Assembly: GCA_002696275.1 (NCBI GenBank)
Contig: NZRO01000025.1
Location: 108,670 to 172,669, forward strand
DNA: 64,000 bases
Source of the DNA: Flavobacteriales bacterium
Lineage (GTDB): Bacteria > Bacteroidota > Bacteroidia > Flavobacteriales > BACL11
Direction: 5' to 3'
Shown here: in pieces, positions 36,231 through 46,504 of the stretch
Position numbering within the stretch: position 1 is the stretch's first letter
Layout: the number at the start of each line of letters is the position of its first letter
The notes under the pieces: generated by a model
Databases searched by the model: none
Told to the model about the DNA's origin: nothing
Seen by the model: the letters and a program-made list of their open reading frames with translations, nothing else
Translations under genes and position numbers: made by a program

Positions 36231-37147
36231 AGAATGGCCTCAAAGGTTCTTACATAATCTCTTTTCTTTTCATTTGGGTAGAAAACCAACCCTAAAGATA
36301 CGATAATTCTATCACCAATATATCTAGATTTCATAATAAATGGACCCGCCATAAACCCATTTTTTAAAGTCCACATTCCCTTATATGTGCCGTCTATTTC
36401 AGATAAAGGCATCCTTCTATCTAATTGAACAAAAGTTCCATCAATAGATCCTTTAATATTATCTTTCAAAATAGAGTCTGTAAAATTTATTATTTGGGTC
36501 TGGATGCTGTCTATTTCATTTGGGGAGAATTCATAAACCAAAATATACTTTAATAAATCTTGTTTTTCATTAAATGAATGAAAGTCTGCGACAAACAGCC
36601 CCTCCTGTTTTAATGAAACGGAATATTCGGTAGGTAAAAACAAATCTATTCCAAAACTTTCTTTGAGGTGTTTTCTTGCTTCTGTATTATGAGCTCTCTT
36701 ATAAGAGTGCTTAATATTTTCTAGTTCTTTTCTGTTAAGAAAATTGAAAGATTTAGTACAAGACTTTTTAAACTCCCGCTCGTTAGAATTAGAATTTAAG
36801 TACATGACAATTTGTGATTTCGCCCATTTGTTTTTAGTATATGAGTCTTTATAATCACTACCAACAAACATAATATTTTTATGGGTTCTGAAAAAACGAC
36901 TAAATTCAGAAGTGTTAATCTGAACAAGATTAAAAATCTGCTCTGGTTGAGGAAGTCCATCAATCTCAAATTCAAATATTTCTCTTAAAATAACTCCGGC
37001 AAAACCCTCCCAATCTGAATCATCTATAACTAAAATTACTTCATTTTGTTTGCCTGTATTTTCAGATAATATCTTCTTTTTAGGGGTTTCACTATTGCAA
37101 GAAAACATTAAAAGAATTGTGGCGGTAACAATATATTTAAATTTCAT
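36227..37147 (-). CDS. DUF4837-like lipoprotein
   Basis: 306 aa with a lipoprotein signal (LLMFSCNSE). Family assignment rests on my recollection of the conserved position upstream of the LysM transglycosylase/gatA region in Flavobacteriia. Confidence 0.45.
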   Translation of the reverse strand: MKFKYIVTATILLMFSCNSETPKKKILSENTGKQNEVILVIDDSDWEGFAGVILREIFEFEIDGLPQPEQIFNLVQINTSEFSRFFRTHKNIMFVGSDYKDSYTKNKWAKSQIVMYLNSNSNEREFKKSCTKSFNFLNRKELENIKHSYKRAHNTEARKHLKESFGIDLFLPTEYSVSLKQEGLFVADFHSFNEKQDLLKYILVYEFSPNEIDSIQTQIINFTDSILKDNIKGSIDGTFVQLDRRMPLSEIDGTYKGMWTLKNGFMAGPFIMKSRYIGDRIIVSLGLVFYPNEKKRDYVRTFEAIL

Positions 37148-38387
37148 CTGGTATATATAAAATTAATTTATCTCCAATAGAAAGATTATCTGAGTGCATT
37201 TTATTCCAATCCTTTATATTGGAAACTGTTAAACCGTACTGTTTAGCAATCTTACCTAAATAATCTCCTTTTTGCACCACATATACCAATCGAATTTCGT
37301 CAACAAGAATTTCTTTATTGTCTACTTTTTCTAAATACTCATAAAAATAATCTTCATTTCTTACTACGTCCATGATAATTTCTTTAGGAAAACATATAGT
37401 TTCTCCTGCGGGTAATAACTCTTTTTTAAAGGATGGGTTTAAGTAGTTTAATGTTTCTATTGATACACAAAACATATCTGAAATTAAATTATACGATACC
37501 TGTTTCTTAAAGGAAAATGTATCAATTTCTTGTATGTTTAGGTTGGATTTGTGGATCTCTATATTAAGCTCTTTATAATAAGTCATAGCATAGGTCATAG
37601 CAATAAATTTAGGGACATAGCCCTGAGTTTCTTTTCTTAAATATGGGAGCAGATCCCAAAAATTATTTATCTCTTTCTTCGCAATTAATCTTTTTAAGTA
37701 TCCAGGGCCCCCATTGTAAGCCGCTAAAACTAAATTCCAGTCGCCAAATATTTCATATAAAACTACAAAGTATTCACACGCGGCAATTGTAGATTTTAGA
37801 GGGTCTTGCCTTTCGTCAATATAAGAAGTGACCTCTAATCCATACTCTTTTCCTGTTAGGTACATAAATTGCCAAAGTCCAGTTGCTCCAGATTTACTTC
37901 TTGCCTTAGGGTTTAAGGCAGATTCAACAATGGCTAAATATTTTAATTCTAATGGTAATTGAAATTTATCTAAATGTTGTTCTATCATTGGAAAATAATA
38001 TGATGAAACACCTAACATTCTACTCACTAGTTTTACATCTTTTCCTAAATACCTATCAATATAAAATTGAGTATGTTTATTATATGGAAAATCCATAGGT
38101 GAGGATTCGTCAAGTTTTCTTAATCTTTCATAGATTAATTGTTCCTTTGGAGAAAGTAAATAACACTCGTCGATTTTTGTTTTAGTGTCTTTATATGCAA
38201 ATGATCCGGAGTCTAAAACACTTAATTTAGTGTCTACTTTAGAAGAAATTTCTAAATCGAGTAAGTCTAATTCATTAATTTCTTCAATTAAGATAGTATC
38301 TGTTTGAGCAAGTGAAACATTTAGATTTATTAATGTTAATAGAATGACCAATAAGATATTTCTATTTTCCATCTTTAGTGTATTCAT
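37137..38387 (-). CDS. lytic transglycosylase (SLT domain) with a C-terminal LysM domain
   Basis: 416 aa with a signal peptide. It carries the SLT catalytic motif (AIVESALNPKARSKSGATGLWQFM...AYNGGPG) and LysM (YVVQKGDYLGKIAKQYGLTVSNIKDWN). Confidence 0.8.
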   Translation of the reverse strand: MNTLKMENRNILLVILLTLINLNVSLAQTDTILIEEINELDLLDLEISSKVDTKLSVLDSGSFAYKDTKTKIDECYLLSPKEQLIYERLRKLDESSPMDFPYNKHTQFYIDRYLGKDVKLVSRMLGVSSYYFPMIEQHLDKFQLPLELKYLAIVESALNPKARSKSGATGLWQFMYLTGKEYGLEVTSYIDERQDPLKSTIAACEYFVVLYEIFGDWNLVLAAYNGGPGYLKRLIAKKEINNFWDLLPYLRKETQGYVPKFIAMTYAMTYYKELNIEIHKSNLNIQEIDTFSFKKQVSYNLISDMFCVSIETLNYLNPSFKKELLPAGETICFPKEIIMDVVRNEDYFYEYLEKVDNKEILVDEIRLVYVVQKGDYLGKIAKQYGLTVSNIKDWNKMHSDNLSIGDKLILYIPDEI

Positions 38388-39801
38388 GCATTAATTCTAA
38401 TGAGAATGACAACAATTCTCTCTCTGAAAACTTTTTAGATAATAATTGTAAGCCAAAAGGCATTCCATTAGTATGTTTGTACATAGGAAGAGAAATTGCG
38501 GGATTTCCGGTAATATTTGCATGTACAGTAAAAATGTCTTCAAGATACATTACGGTAGGGTCCGTTTGCTTCTTCCCAATATCAAACGCGGTGTGGGGGG
38601 TGGTCGGGCTTAGGATAAAATCGAAATCTTTTAAAATCTCATTTGTTTTATCTTGAACAATTCTTCTTACTTGTTGAGACTTCTTATAATAATCGTCTTT
38701 ATAACCCGCGCTCAAAACAAATGTTCCTAACATAATCCTTCTTTTTACCTCCTCACCAAAAGCTTCTGTTCTAGTGTTAATATATGTGTCCTCTAAATTT
38801 TTTGGGTGCTCTGTCCTGTACCCATAATGAACACCGTCGAATCTAGCTAAATTAGACGACGCCTCAGCCGTTGTTAAAACATAATAAGTTGGAACTAAAA
38901 CATCTAGATAGGGAAAAGAAAGATATTCCACCTCATGCCCTTCTTGTTTTAGTTCTTCTATGGTTTTATCAATACTATTCTTGATTTCACTATCTAAACC
39001 ATCTAGTTCTAAACAGTCTAACAAAACAGCTATCTTTCTTTTTTCTTTAGTATTAACACAGGTGTAATTACCAACCTTTCTTGAAGATGAAGTGCTATCA
39101 TTTTTGTCTATTCCAGCTATAACTTCTAAAACCAAAGCTGTGTCTTCTACATTATTAGCTAGTGGTCCAATCTGATCAAAAGATGAAGCGTAAGCAATTA
39201 AGCCATATCTAGAAACTCGTGAATATGTTGGCTTGAGACCAACAACACCACAAAAAGATGCAGGCTGTCTAATAGATCCCCCTGTATCAGATCCCAATGC
39301 TACCAAACACATTTTTGCCGCAACTGCAGATGAAGACCCACCAGAAGAGCCTCCCGGTACCTTGTTTCTATTTAAAGGGTTTCTTACTGGTCCGTATATC
39401 GAGTTTTCACTTGCGCTACCCATAGCAAATTCATCACAATTTAATGAACCAATAATTATTGCATCCTCTTTAATTAACCTCTCAACAACGGTAGCGTTAT
39501 ATAAAGACTCAAATCCTTTCAATATTTTGGAAGAGGCTGTAACATTATGGTTTTTAATACAAATATTATCTTTAATTCCAATAACCATTCCGGCCAATTT
39601 CCCGGCTCTTCCCTCTAATATTTTTTGATCTATTTCTTTTGCTCTTTGTAACGATTCTTCGGAGAAAACCTGAACAAACGCATTGATTTCAGGGTTTTTT
39701 TCTGAAATGGTTTTTAGATAATCTTGCACAATAGTATAGCAAGAAGATTTCCCGCTATTAATTGCTTTTATTGTGTCTTTATAAGAAGTGTAATGTTTCA
39801 A
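38362..39801 (-). CDS. gatA: Asp-tRNA(Asn)/Glu-tRNA(Gln) amidotransferase subunit A
   Basis: 479 aa with the amidase signature GGSSGGSSSAVAA...GSDTGGSIRQPA and the N-terminal GatA pattern. Confidence 0.92.
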   Translation of the reverse strand: MKHYTSYKDTIKAINSGKSSCYTIVQDYLKTISEKNPEINAFVQVFSEESLQRAKEIDQKILEGRAGKLAGMVIGIKDNICIKNHNVTASSKILKGFESLYNATVVERLIKEDAIIIGSLNCDEFAMGSASENSIYGPVRNPLNRNKVPGGSSGGSSSAVAAKMCLVALGSDTGGSIRQPASFCGVVGLKPTYSRVSRYGLIAYASSFDQIGPLANNVEDTALVLEVIAGIDKNDSTSSSRKVGNYTCVNTKEKRKIAVLLDCLELDGLDSEIKNSIDKTIEELKQEGHEVEYLSFPYLDVLVPTYYVLTTAEASSNLARFDGVHYGYRTEHPKNLEDTYINTRTEAFGEEVKRRIMLGTFVLSAGYKDDYYKKSQQVRRIVQDKTNEILKDFDFILSPTTPHTAFDIGKKQTDPTVMYLEDIFTVHANITGNPAISLPMYKHTNGMPFGLQLLSKKFSERELLSFSLELMHEYTKDGK

Positions 39802-39818
39802 TTCAAAATGTATGAAGA

Positions 39819-40004
39819 CTATTTTTCGTCTTTATCTTCAATTTCTTTGTCAACCTCTTTCTTGGCTTTTTTAAACTCCTTTAATCCTTGGCCTAGCCCC
39901 TTCATTAACTCTGGAATTTTTTTTCCTCCGAACATTAATAAAAGTGCCAAAACAATTAAAATAATCTGCCATGGTCCTATCGCGACCAAAAATGTTGAGT
40001 TCAT
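39819..40004 (-). CDS. tatA: twin-arginine translocase TatA/TatE family subunit
   Basis: 61 aa. A TM helix plus amphipathic helix reads [38 protein letters not shown]. Confidence 0.85.
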   Translation of the reverse strand: MNSTFLVAIGPWQIILIVLALLLMFGGKKIPELMKGLGQGLKEFKKAKKEVDKEIEDKDEK

Positions 40005-40020
40005 AATTTTAATTTTTATG

Positions 40021-40028
40021 CAAATTTA
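40021..40028 (-). promoter_or_regulatory. -7 box (TAAATTTG on the minus strand) for tatA
   Basis: CAAATTTA on the + strand, 16 nt upstream of the start at 40004. Confidence 0.5.
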
Positions 40029-40039
40029 TACAATTTTTA

Positions 40040-41293
40040 TTATTTAGCCTTGTAAAGCCATTTAACTGGGTTTTGTGGGGTTTTTCCTTTCCAAATTTCA
40101 AAATGAAGTTCTGTTGCCCCATTAGATTCGGAAGTAACAACTGATCCAATTTTCTGTTTAGAAATCACTTTTTCTCCTGTTTTTACAACAAGATCCTTAA
40201 GTCCCGAATAAACAGTAAAATATCCACCATGGCTTACTAATATAGCTTTTCCTTTTCCTTTTATATAAAATATTCGTGAAACTGTTCCGTCAAAAACAAC
40301 TCTAACCAACTGCCCTTCATCTGTTTCAAAGTCTATGCCATTATTTTTTGTTTCAACACCAATTATGTGTTTATTTTTGTGTACACCGTACCTTTCTGTA
40401 ATTTTTGCCTTAGTTAAAGGCCATGGCAATTTACCTTTATTTAACTCAAATTTGGAGGAAAGCTCTAAAGCTTCTGGAGTTAGGGGTGATCCTGAGTTGT
40501 TTTTTTCAGCCTCTTCTCTAGCCTTTCTTATTTCATCTTCAATTATTGTCTTTATTTGATCCTCGATTTCTTGAGCTTGTAACTTTTGCTGATTAAGTTG
40601 ATTTCTATAAAAAAGTTCATTTTTCTTAATTTTAGAAACAATTTGTTCTTTTTGTTGTTTCTCTGTTTCTAATATTATAGTTTGATTTGTTTGTTCAATA
40701 AACAGCTGTTCTTTATTTTGTTTTTCGGTAATTAAATCATTTTTCTTTTGAGATAATTCTTCATTTTTCTCAATCAACTCTCTTTTTATTCTTTCAATTT
40801 TCTTTATCTGATTTGATCTATGTATAGTAAGCTGTTTTAGATATTGTTTGCGTTTGTATAGTTGATTTAAATCTGAGGCCGATATTAAGAAATAACTTTC
40901 GTTATAGGTGTTTTTCCAAATGTGTGTCTGATAAATTAATTTTGAATAGGCTTCTTTAGAAAAGATAATCTCTTTCTCCTTTTGTGTAATTTCAGACTCT
41001 GTCTGTTCAATGCTTTTCTCAATACGTTTTATGATTGTGTTTTTAGAGTTTATTGTGTTTTCTAAATTTAATAATAGTTTTTTGTGTTGTTTAATTTTTC
41101 TGTTTGATAATTTTAATTGTGATAATGCTGAGTTTTTCTTTTTCTTTTCTTTGTTAAGTTTATTGTTTGTTTGTTTAATATCGTTCTCTAATTTCTCTTT
41201 TTCTTTTTGTAACTGTGTTTTACTCTGAGAAAATAAAGAGACAGAACTAATTATAAAGAAAAAAAACAAAAAACATCTAATCTGATTTGACAT
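40040..41293 (-). CDS. M23 (LytM) domain protein with a long coiled coil, EnvC-like murein hydrolase activator
   Basis: 417 aa with a signal peptide, about 250 aa of K/E/Q coiled coil and a C-terminal LytM domain (GIDFET...HFEIWKG). Confidence 0.75.
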   Translation of the reverse strand: MSNQIRCFLFFFFIISSVSLFSQSKTQLQKEKEKLENDIKQTNNKLNKEKKKKNSALSQLKLSNRKIKQHKKLLLNLENTINSKNTIIKRIEKSIEQTESEITQKEKEIIFSKEAYSKLIYQTHIWKNTYNESYFLISASDLNQLYKRKQYLKQLTIHRSNQIKKIERIKRELIEKNEELSQKKNDLITEKQNKEQLFIEQTNQTIILETEKQQKEQIVSKIKKNELFYRNQLNQQKLQAQEIEDQIKTIIEDEIRKAREEAEKNNSGSPLTPEALELSSKFELNKGKLPWPLTKAKITERYGVHKNKHIIGVETKNNGIDFETDEGQLVRVVFDGTVSRIFYIKGKGKAILVSHGGYFTVYSGLKDLVVKTGEKVISKQKIGSVVTSESNGATELHFEIWKGKTPQNPVKWLYKAK

Positions 41294-42020
41294 AAGAGTC
41301 TGGTATTTTAAAACTTAGGGATGATTTTTTGTTAAATATGATTTTTGAAAAATCTATAGAAGCTGCAAAGTTTTCACTAGATATTACTTCTATGTTTAGG
41401 TTTTGGGGGTAATAGGAATTTACCTCTTCAAAATAAGCATGGTTATTAAAATTAATTTTAAGTTGATGCCCGTCTTGGGTTGAAACATTCATTTTGTCAA
41501 TTCTAAAAATTTGACTAATAGTATAAGATGTGGTTTCAGAACTTAAAATATATTTTCCTTCTTTATTAAAAGAAAGTTTTAATTCCCGGTTTGAAATATC
41601 AGGCGAAGAAAACAAAATCTGCTGAAATTGAAAGAAATTTATACTTGTTTTCACCACCTCTTTTATATGAGAAATGGGTTTGATAAAATACGTTTTATCC
41701 ATTCTGCTCATGAAATAAATAGAGTCAGGTGTTATCAGGGTCCTTAAAACTTCAATTCCTAATGGAGCTTTTAAAGAGACCCAAATAACACTATCTTTTT
41801 TAACTCGAATATTAGCATTAACAATCGTGTTTTGTCCTTCTTTCTCTATTTTAATTTTTGAGTTTATTGAAAGCCAATTAGGTGAGATGTTTAGCTCTTT
41901 AACTCTGGTTTTAATATTGTTTTTATTAGTAATTTTTTCAATTTCTATAGTGTTGTTTTTTAACAAACTACAAGAAGAAGCTCCTAAGCTAATAAAGATT
42001 ATAAGGATATATTTATTCAT
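41277..42020 (-). CDS. DUF4292-like outer-membrane lipoprotein (LolB-like size and signal)
   Basis: 247 aa with a lipobox (LGASSCS) and a beta-rich body. It sits between a TPR protein and an M23 protein, the conserved arrangement I recall for DUF4292. Confidence 0.5.
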   Translation of the reverse strand: MNKYILIIFISLGASSCSLLKNNTIEIEKITNKNNIKTRVKELNISPNWLSINSKIKIEKEGQNTIVNANIRVKKDSVIWVSLKAPLGIEVLRTLITPDSIYFMSRMDKTYFIKPISHIKEVVKTSINFFQFQQILFSSPDISNRELKLSFNKEGKYILSSETTSYTISQIFRIDKMNVSTQDGHQLKINFNNHAYFEEVNSYYPQNLNIEVISSENFAASIDFSKIIFNKKSSLSFKIPDSYVKSD

Positions 42021-43707
42021 CTTCTAACTCTTGAGCTTTTAGTTTATATTTTTCAGCCTCTTCAAACTCTCCTAACTCTATAAGAATATCTGACATATGA
42101 TTATAAAATGTTTTACTTTCTGCTATTTCAATTGCTTGAAGCATAAATGTTTTAGCAGAGGCATAATCTTTCATCTTATATAATATCCAAGCATAAGTGT
42201 CTAGGTAGTTTGCTTCTCTAGGAAATAATTCAATAGTCTTTTTTGACATTTTTTTTGCTTTCTCTAAATTCTCTCCCCTAAGAGAAAGATAGTATGCGTA
42301 GTTGTTTAAAACCATAACATTTTCTGGTAAAAATTCCAGCGATTTTTCATATGATAAATCAGATTTTTCATATTCTTTTATCTCGTTATAAGAATTACCC
42401 AAAATAGAGTACATTTCTGAAGACAGGGTGGGGTTTTCAAAAACAAAATGAACCCCATTATTTATAGATTCAATAGCTTTTTGATACTCTTTAATAGTGT
42501 AGTAAGAAAGGGCGTTTAGATAATAAAATGTAGGATTTGTAGGAAAAAGTTCTATTACTGTTTCTGAGTCTATAATCAAATCATCTATCCTGTTTTCTTG
42601 TAACTCTAAAAAAAGTAGGTCTATCCAAGCGTCTTGTTGGTTTGGATTTATTTTAACGACTTTTTTATAATGAATTATCGATTTTTCTAAATTATTAGTT
42701 GACCTGAGTAAATCCGCGTAGATATAATTGCTCATCTCATCTTCAGGGTGAGTTGCTACTAATATTTCACAAAGCTCCACAACAAAAAATAGATTTGAAG
42801 AATCGTTCTCAAAGACCTGTGTCAACAGGGGCACTATCTTTCTAATTTTTGTTTGTGCATCTAACTTTTTCGACAGAAAAGCTAATTTTAATTCTTTTTG
42901 ATATTCCTCTATGTTTCCTTTTTGAAGATAAAAATCTGACAAGGTTAAATGCACTCCCGCTGAACCAGGGTTTAGTTTAGATAGTTTTTTTAAAACTTCA
43001 AATGCTTTTTCTAGGTTATTATCTAAAATATAACAATCAGATAACATTTCATAAACTTGAATATCATATGGATCTTCCTTTAAAAATAACTCTAATTCTC
43101 TTGCTGCATTTTTTAGGTCTTCTAATTCAAGGTATATCTTATATTTCTGAGTACTTGTATAATGATTAATTCCTTTTAAATTCTCTAAAGAATTATAGGT
43201 TTTTATAGCTGATTTTAAATCTTTATTATAAATATAACAAAGAGCTAATTCAATGTAGTAACTTTCATTATTAACTTCTTGTTTTATTAAGTTTTTATAG
43301 ACCTTTGTTGCCTCATAAAATTTTTTATTTGAGAATAAATTTTCCGCGTAAAAAAGGGAATACCATTTATTTTTAGGTTCTAAATCATATGCTGTCTTTG
43401 CATATTTTAAGCTTTCTAATAGCTTTTCTTGAGAATAATAAATTTGAGATACCTCATAGTATGCTGCCGCTTGTTTTTTGTCTAATTCAATGCATTGTTC
43501 GAAAAAATTAATTGCCTGACTATAGTTTTCTAATGATTTTTGTTTTAGTGCGGAATAGAAATAATTCTTATACCGATACTCCAGTTTGTCTTGGTCCTCC
43601 TTGGGATGTTGATTGTTTATTCTTTTGTCGCTAAAAAAATTATTCTGAGCACTTAAAAAAGAAATGCTGAGATTAAAAACTATAAATATGACTGATTTTT
43701 TTCCCAC
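42013..43707 (-). CDS. tetratricopeptide-repeat protein
   Basis: 564 aa with a signal peptide and many 34-aa A/Y/L TPR units (for example YSQAINFFEQCIELDKKQAAAYYEVSQIY). Confidence 0.8.
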   Translation of the reverse strand: MGKKSVIFIVFNLSISFLSAQNNFFSDKRINNQHPKEDQDKLEYRYKNYFYSALKQKSLENYSQAINFFEQCIELDKKQAAAYYEVSQIYYSQEKLLESLKYAKTAYDLEPKNKWYSLFYAENLFSNKKFYEATKVYKNLIKQEVNNESYYIELALCYIYNKDLKSAIKTYNSLENLKGINHYTSTQKYKIYLELEDLKNAARELELFLKEDPYDIQVYEMLSDCYILDNNLEKAFEVLKKLSKLNPGSAGVHLTLSDFYLQKGNIEEYQKELKLAFLSKKLDAQTKIRKIVPLLTQVFENDSSNLFFVVELCEILVATHPEDEMSNYIYADLLRSTNNLEKSIIHYKKVVKINPNQQDAWIDLLFLELQENRIDDLIIDSETVIELFPTNPTFYYLNALSYYTIKEYQKAIESINNGVHFVFENPTLSSEMYSILGNSYNEIKEYEKSDLSYEKSLEFLPENVMVLNNYAYYLSLRGENLEKAKKMSKKTIELFPREANYLDTYAWILYKMKDYASAKTFMLQAIEIAESKTFYNHMSDILIELGEFEEAEKYKLKAQELEDE

Positions 43708-43711
43708 TTTA

Positions 43712-44146
43712 TTATTTTATTCCCGTACTTCCGAATCCTCCAGATCCCCTAAGTGTTTCTTCTAATACTTCAACTTCTACCCATTCCGCTCGCTCGTGCT
43801 TTGCAACAATCATTTGAGCGATTCTTTCTCCATTTTCAACTACGAATTCTTTTGAAGATAAATTTATAAGGATTACACCTATTTCTCCCCTATAATCCGC
43901 GTCTATAGTGCCTGGAGAATTTAAAACTGTTATGCCTTTTTTAAACGCCAAGCCGCTTCTTGGTCTAATCTGAGCTTCATAACCAGTAGGGAGTTGTATA
44001 TAAATCCCTGTTTTTACAATTGCTCTTTCAAGTGGTTTTAGGATTATCGACGCTTCAAGGTTTGCTCTTAAATCCATTCCTGCAGACGCATCGGTGGAAT
44101 ATTGAGGTAATTTATGTTTTGATTTATTTACTACTTTAATGTTCAT
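43712..44146 (-). CDS. dut: dUTP diphosphatase
   Basis: 144 aa with the motifs [21 protein letters not shown] and a C-terminal [10 protein letters not shown]. Confidence 0.92.
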   Translation of the reverse strand: MNIKVVNKSKHKLPQYSTDASAGMDLRANLEASIILKPLERAIVKTGIYIQLPTGYEAQIRPRSGLAFKKGITVLNSPGTIDADYRGEIGVILINLSSKEFVVENGERIAQMIVAKHERAEWVEVEVLEETLRGSGGFGSTGIK

Positions 44147-44152
44147 TTTATC

Positions 44153-45634
44153 TTAATCAAATAATTTAGGGTTTGAAATTACTGCTTTTTTAGGTTTTTC
44201 TAATATAAATGCTATAGATATAAACAGCAGTATGAATAAGATTTTAATAACAACACCTAAATTAAACAATATACTTGCAAAAAATAATACAGAAACTAAA
44301 CTTAAATACATTAGTATTCTATTGATTGGGTAGGGAATTCTATAATGTTTTCTGCCCAAATAGAAAGAAACTATTGACATACATAAATAACAAACCAAAG
44401 TAGCCCAAGCGGACCCCACAAAACCTAAAATAGGTATCAGTAAAAAGTTTAGTGATAGAGTAATTAGCGCTCCAAAAATAGACATGTAGGCCCCGTATTT
44501 GGTTTTTTCTGATAATTTATACCAAACAGACAAATTGTAATAAATTCCTAAAAATAGATTAGCTGCTAACAGAATTGATACGGTAAGAAAACCTCTCTCA
44601 TCATGATATCCACTTCCTAAAAAGAGGATTATAAAATCATATAACATGGTAACTACTAAAAAAATAAAAGAAGTAATTATAACAAAATACTTCATTACTT
44701 CCGCGTATACCTTTCTTGAGTTTTTCTCTTTTTCTTGAGCAAAGAAAAATGGTTCTGCCGCAAAACGAAATGTTTGTATAAAAAGTACTATTAAGATAGA
44801 TAGTTTATAAAAAGCCCCATACAAACCTATTTCTGCTGAAACATTTAAATTTTGGGGCAATAAATGTTTTAAAAGTATCCTATCAATAGTTTCGTTAGTC
44901 ATTCCCGCTAATCCTGCTATTAATAAAGGAAAAGCGTAGATCATCATTTTTCTCCACAATGATTTATCAAAGATCCATACAGATTTTATCATTTCTGGAA
45001 GCAACATGAGGAAAGTAATGATACTTGCTATTAAATTAGCAATAAAAATATATCCTATACCATATCCTTCTTGGTAAATAGAGTTTACAAAATCTGTTGA
45101 TGGTAATCCTTTTTCAAGTGCATATGGACAATAAATAATAAAAAACAGATTTAAACCAATATTTATAAAGATGTTTAACAACCTTACCAAAGCAAATCTT
45201 GTTGCATTATTCTGTTCTCTCAATTTTGCAAATGAAATAGCAGATACAGCGTCTAGACCTATTATTAGTGCAAAAAACTTAATATAGTCTGTATTGTTTG
45301 GATATTGAAGCCAGTTTGATATTGGCTGAGCTGAACAAAAAATTATAAATATAAAAACACTAGATGTAACTAACAACGAAATTAAAGAGGTGCTATATAC
45401 AGTTCTTTTGTTTGGTACTTTTTGAGAGTATCTAAAAAAAGCTGTTTCAATTCCATAAGTAAGTATAACTACTAAGAACGCCACATATGCGTATAGTTCT
45501 GTTACTATTCCATATTCTTCTGGTAAAAAATAACGGGTATAAAGTGGTACGAGCAGATAGTTAAGCAGTCTTCCGACAACACTACTTAAACCATAAATTA
45601 CAGTTTGTCCCGCTAATTTTTTTAATGGATTCAA
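44153..45634 (-). CDS. polysaccharide biosynthesis / oligosaccharide flippase (MOP superfamily) protein
   Basis: 493 aa with about 14 TM segments and a Wzx/MurJ-like N-terminus (GQTVIYGLSSVVGRLLNYLLVPLYTR). Confidence 0.7.
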   Translation of the reverse strand: MNPLKKLAGQTVIYGLSSVVGRLLNYLLVPLYTRYFLPEEYGIVTELYAYVAFLVVILTYGIETAFFRYSQKVPNKRTVYSTSLISLLVTSSVFIFIIFCSAQPISNWLQYPNNTDYIKFFALIIGLDAVSAISFAKLREQNNATRFALVRLLNIFINIGLNLFFIIYCPYALEKGLPSTDFVNSIYQEGYGIGYIFIANLIASIITFLMLLPEMIKSVWIFDKSLWRKMMIYAFPLLIAGLAGMTNETIDRILLKHLLPQNLNVSAEIGLYGAFYKLSILIVLFIQTFRFAAEPFFFAQEKEKNSRKVYAEVMKYFVIITSFIFLVVTMLYDFIILFLGSGYHDERGFLTVSILLAANLFLGIYYNLSVWYKLSEKTKYGAYMSIFGALITLSLNFLLIPILGFVGSAWATLVCYLCMSIVSFYLGRKHYRIPYPINRILMYLSLVSVLFFASILFNLGVVIKILFILLFISIAFILEKPKKAVISNPKLFD

Positions 45635-46407
45635 TTAAAATTTGCTTTTCTTTTCTCTAAAAATGCTGTTGTTCCTTCTATAAATTCATCGGTTCCGAAA
45701 CATTTTCCAAATTCTTTTTTCTCAACCTCATAACCATCAACACCGTCAATAAAACCAGCATTTACTGATTTTATTGCAGAAGAAATTGCTTTTGCTGAAT
45801 TTCTACATATTTTGAAAGCAATTTTTTCACAAAACGAAATCAATTCTTCTTGTTCGCATGTATTGTTTACGAGCCCCCATTTTAATGCTTCATCAGCGGA
45901 TATCATTCCAGCGGTTGATATTAGTTCCAAAGCTTTTCCTTTTCCTATTAGATTTGCAAGTCTTTGAGTGCCTCCGTAACCAGGTATAACGCCTAAAGAA
46001 ACCTCCGGTAATCCCATTTTAGCGTTTGTTGACGCAACTCTAATATGACAAGACATCGCTAGTTCTAACCCCCCACCAAGAGCAAATCCGTTAATAGCTG
46101 CAATAGTTGGTTTGGTACAATTATCTAACAAATCAAACAACATTTCTTGTCCTTCTCTCGCTAAATTTTCTCCTTGTTTAGTATTAAAACCTGCAAATTC
46201 TTTAATATCCGCACCAGCCACAAAAGCCTTTTCTCCAGCTCCTGTTAATATAATACATCTTACTTCATCGCTCTTTTCAGAATAGTTGATTGCTATATTT
46301 AACTCTGTAATTGTCTTTGAATTTAGAGCGTTTAATTGATTTGGTCTGTTTACTGTTATGTAGGAAATATTATTGGATATTTCTACTAAAATATTTTTAA
46401 ATTCCAT
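45631..46407 (-). CDS. enoyl-CoA hydratase/isomerase (crotonase) family protein
   Basis: 258 aa with NRPNQLNAL, FVAGADI and the oxyanion-hole segments GFALGGGLELAM. Confidence 0.85.
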   Translation of the reverse strand: MEFKNILVEISNNISYITVNRPNQLNALNSKTITELNIAINYSEKSDEVRCIILTGAGEKAFVAGADIKEFAGFNTKQGENLAREGQEMLFDLLDNCTKPTIAAINGFALGGGLELAMSCHIRVASTNAKMGLPEVSLGVIPGYGGTQRLANLIGKGKALELISTAGMISADEALKWGLVNNTCEQEELISFCEKIAFKICRNSAKAISSAIKSVNAGFIDGVDGYEVEKKEFGKCFGTDEFIEGTTAFLEKRKANFN

Positions 46408-46421
46408 ATAGTTTGTTTTTA

Positions 46422-46429
46422 CAAATATA
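46422..46429 (-). promoter_or_regulatory. -7 box (TATATTTG on the minus strand) for the crotonase gene
   Basis: CAAATATA on the + strand, 14 nt upstream of the start at 46407 and downstream of the atp terminator. Confidence 0.5.
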
Positions 46430-46452
46430 ATATTTAGGATATATGTTGAATT

Positions 46453-46482
46453 AAAAAAACCCCTATATTATAGGGGTTTTTT
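46453..46482 (-). terminator. rho-independent terminator closing the atp operon (symmetric, potentially bidirectional)
   Basis: AAAAAAA-CCCCTAT-att-ATAGGGG-TTTTTT. It has a 7-bp stem with 4 G:C pairs and a 3-nt loop, flanked by an A7 run on one side and a T6 run on the other. It lies 22 nt after the atpG stop. Confidence 0.75.
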
Positions 46483-46504
46483 AACAATTTAATTTTAGGT
46501 ATTC

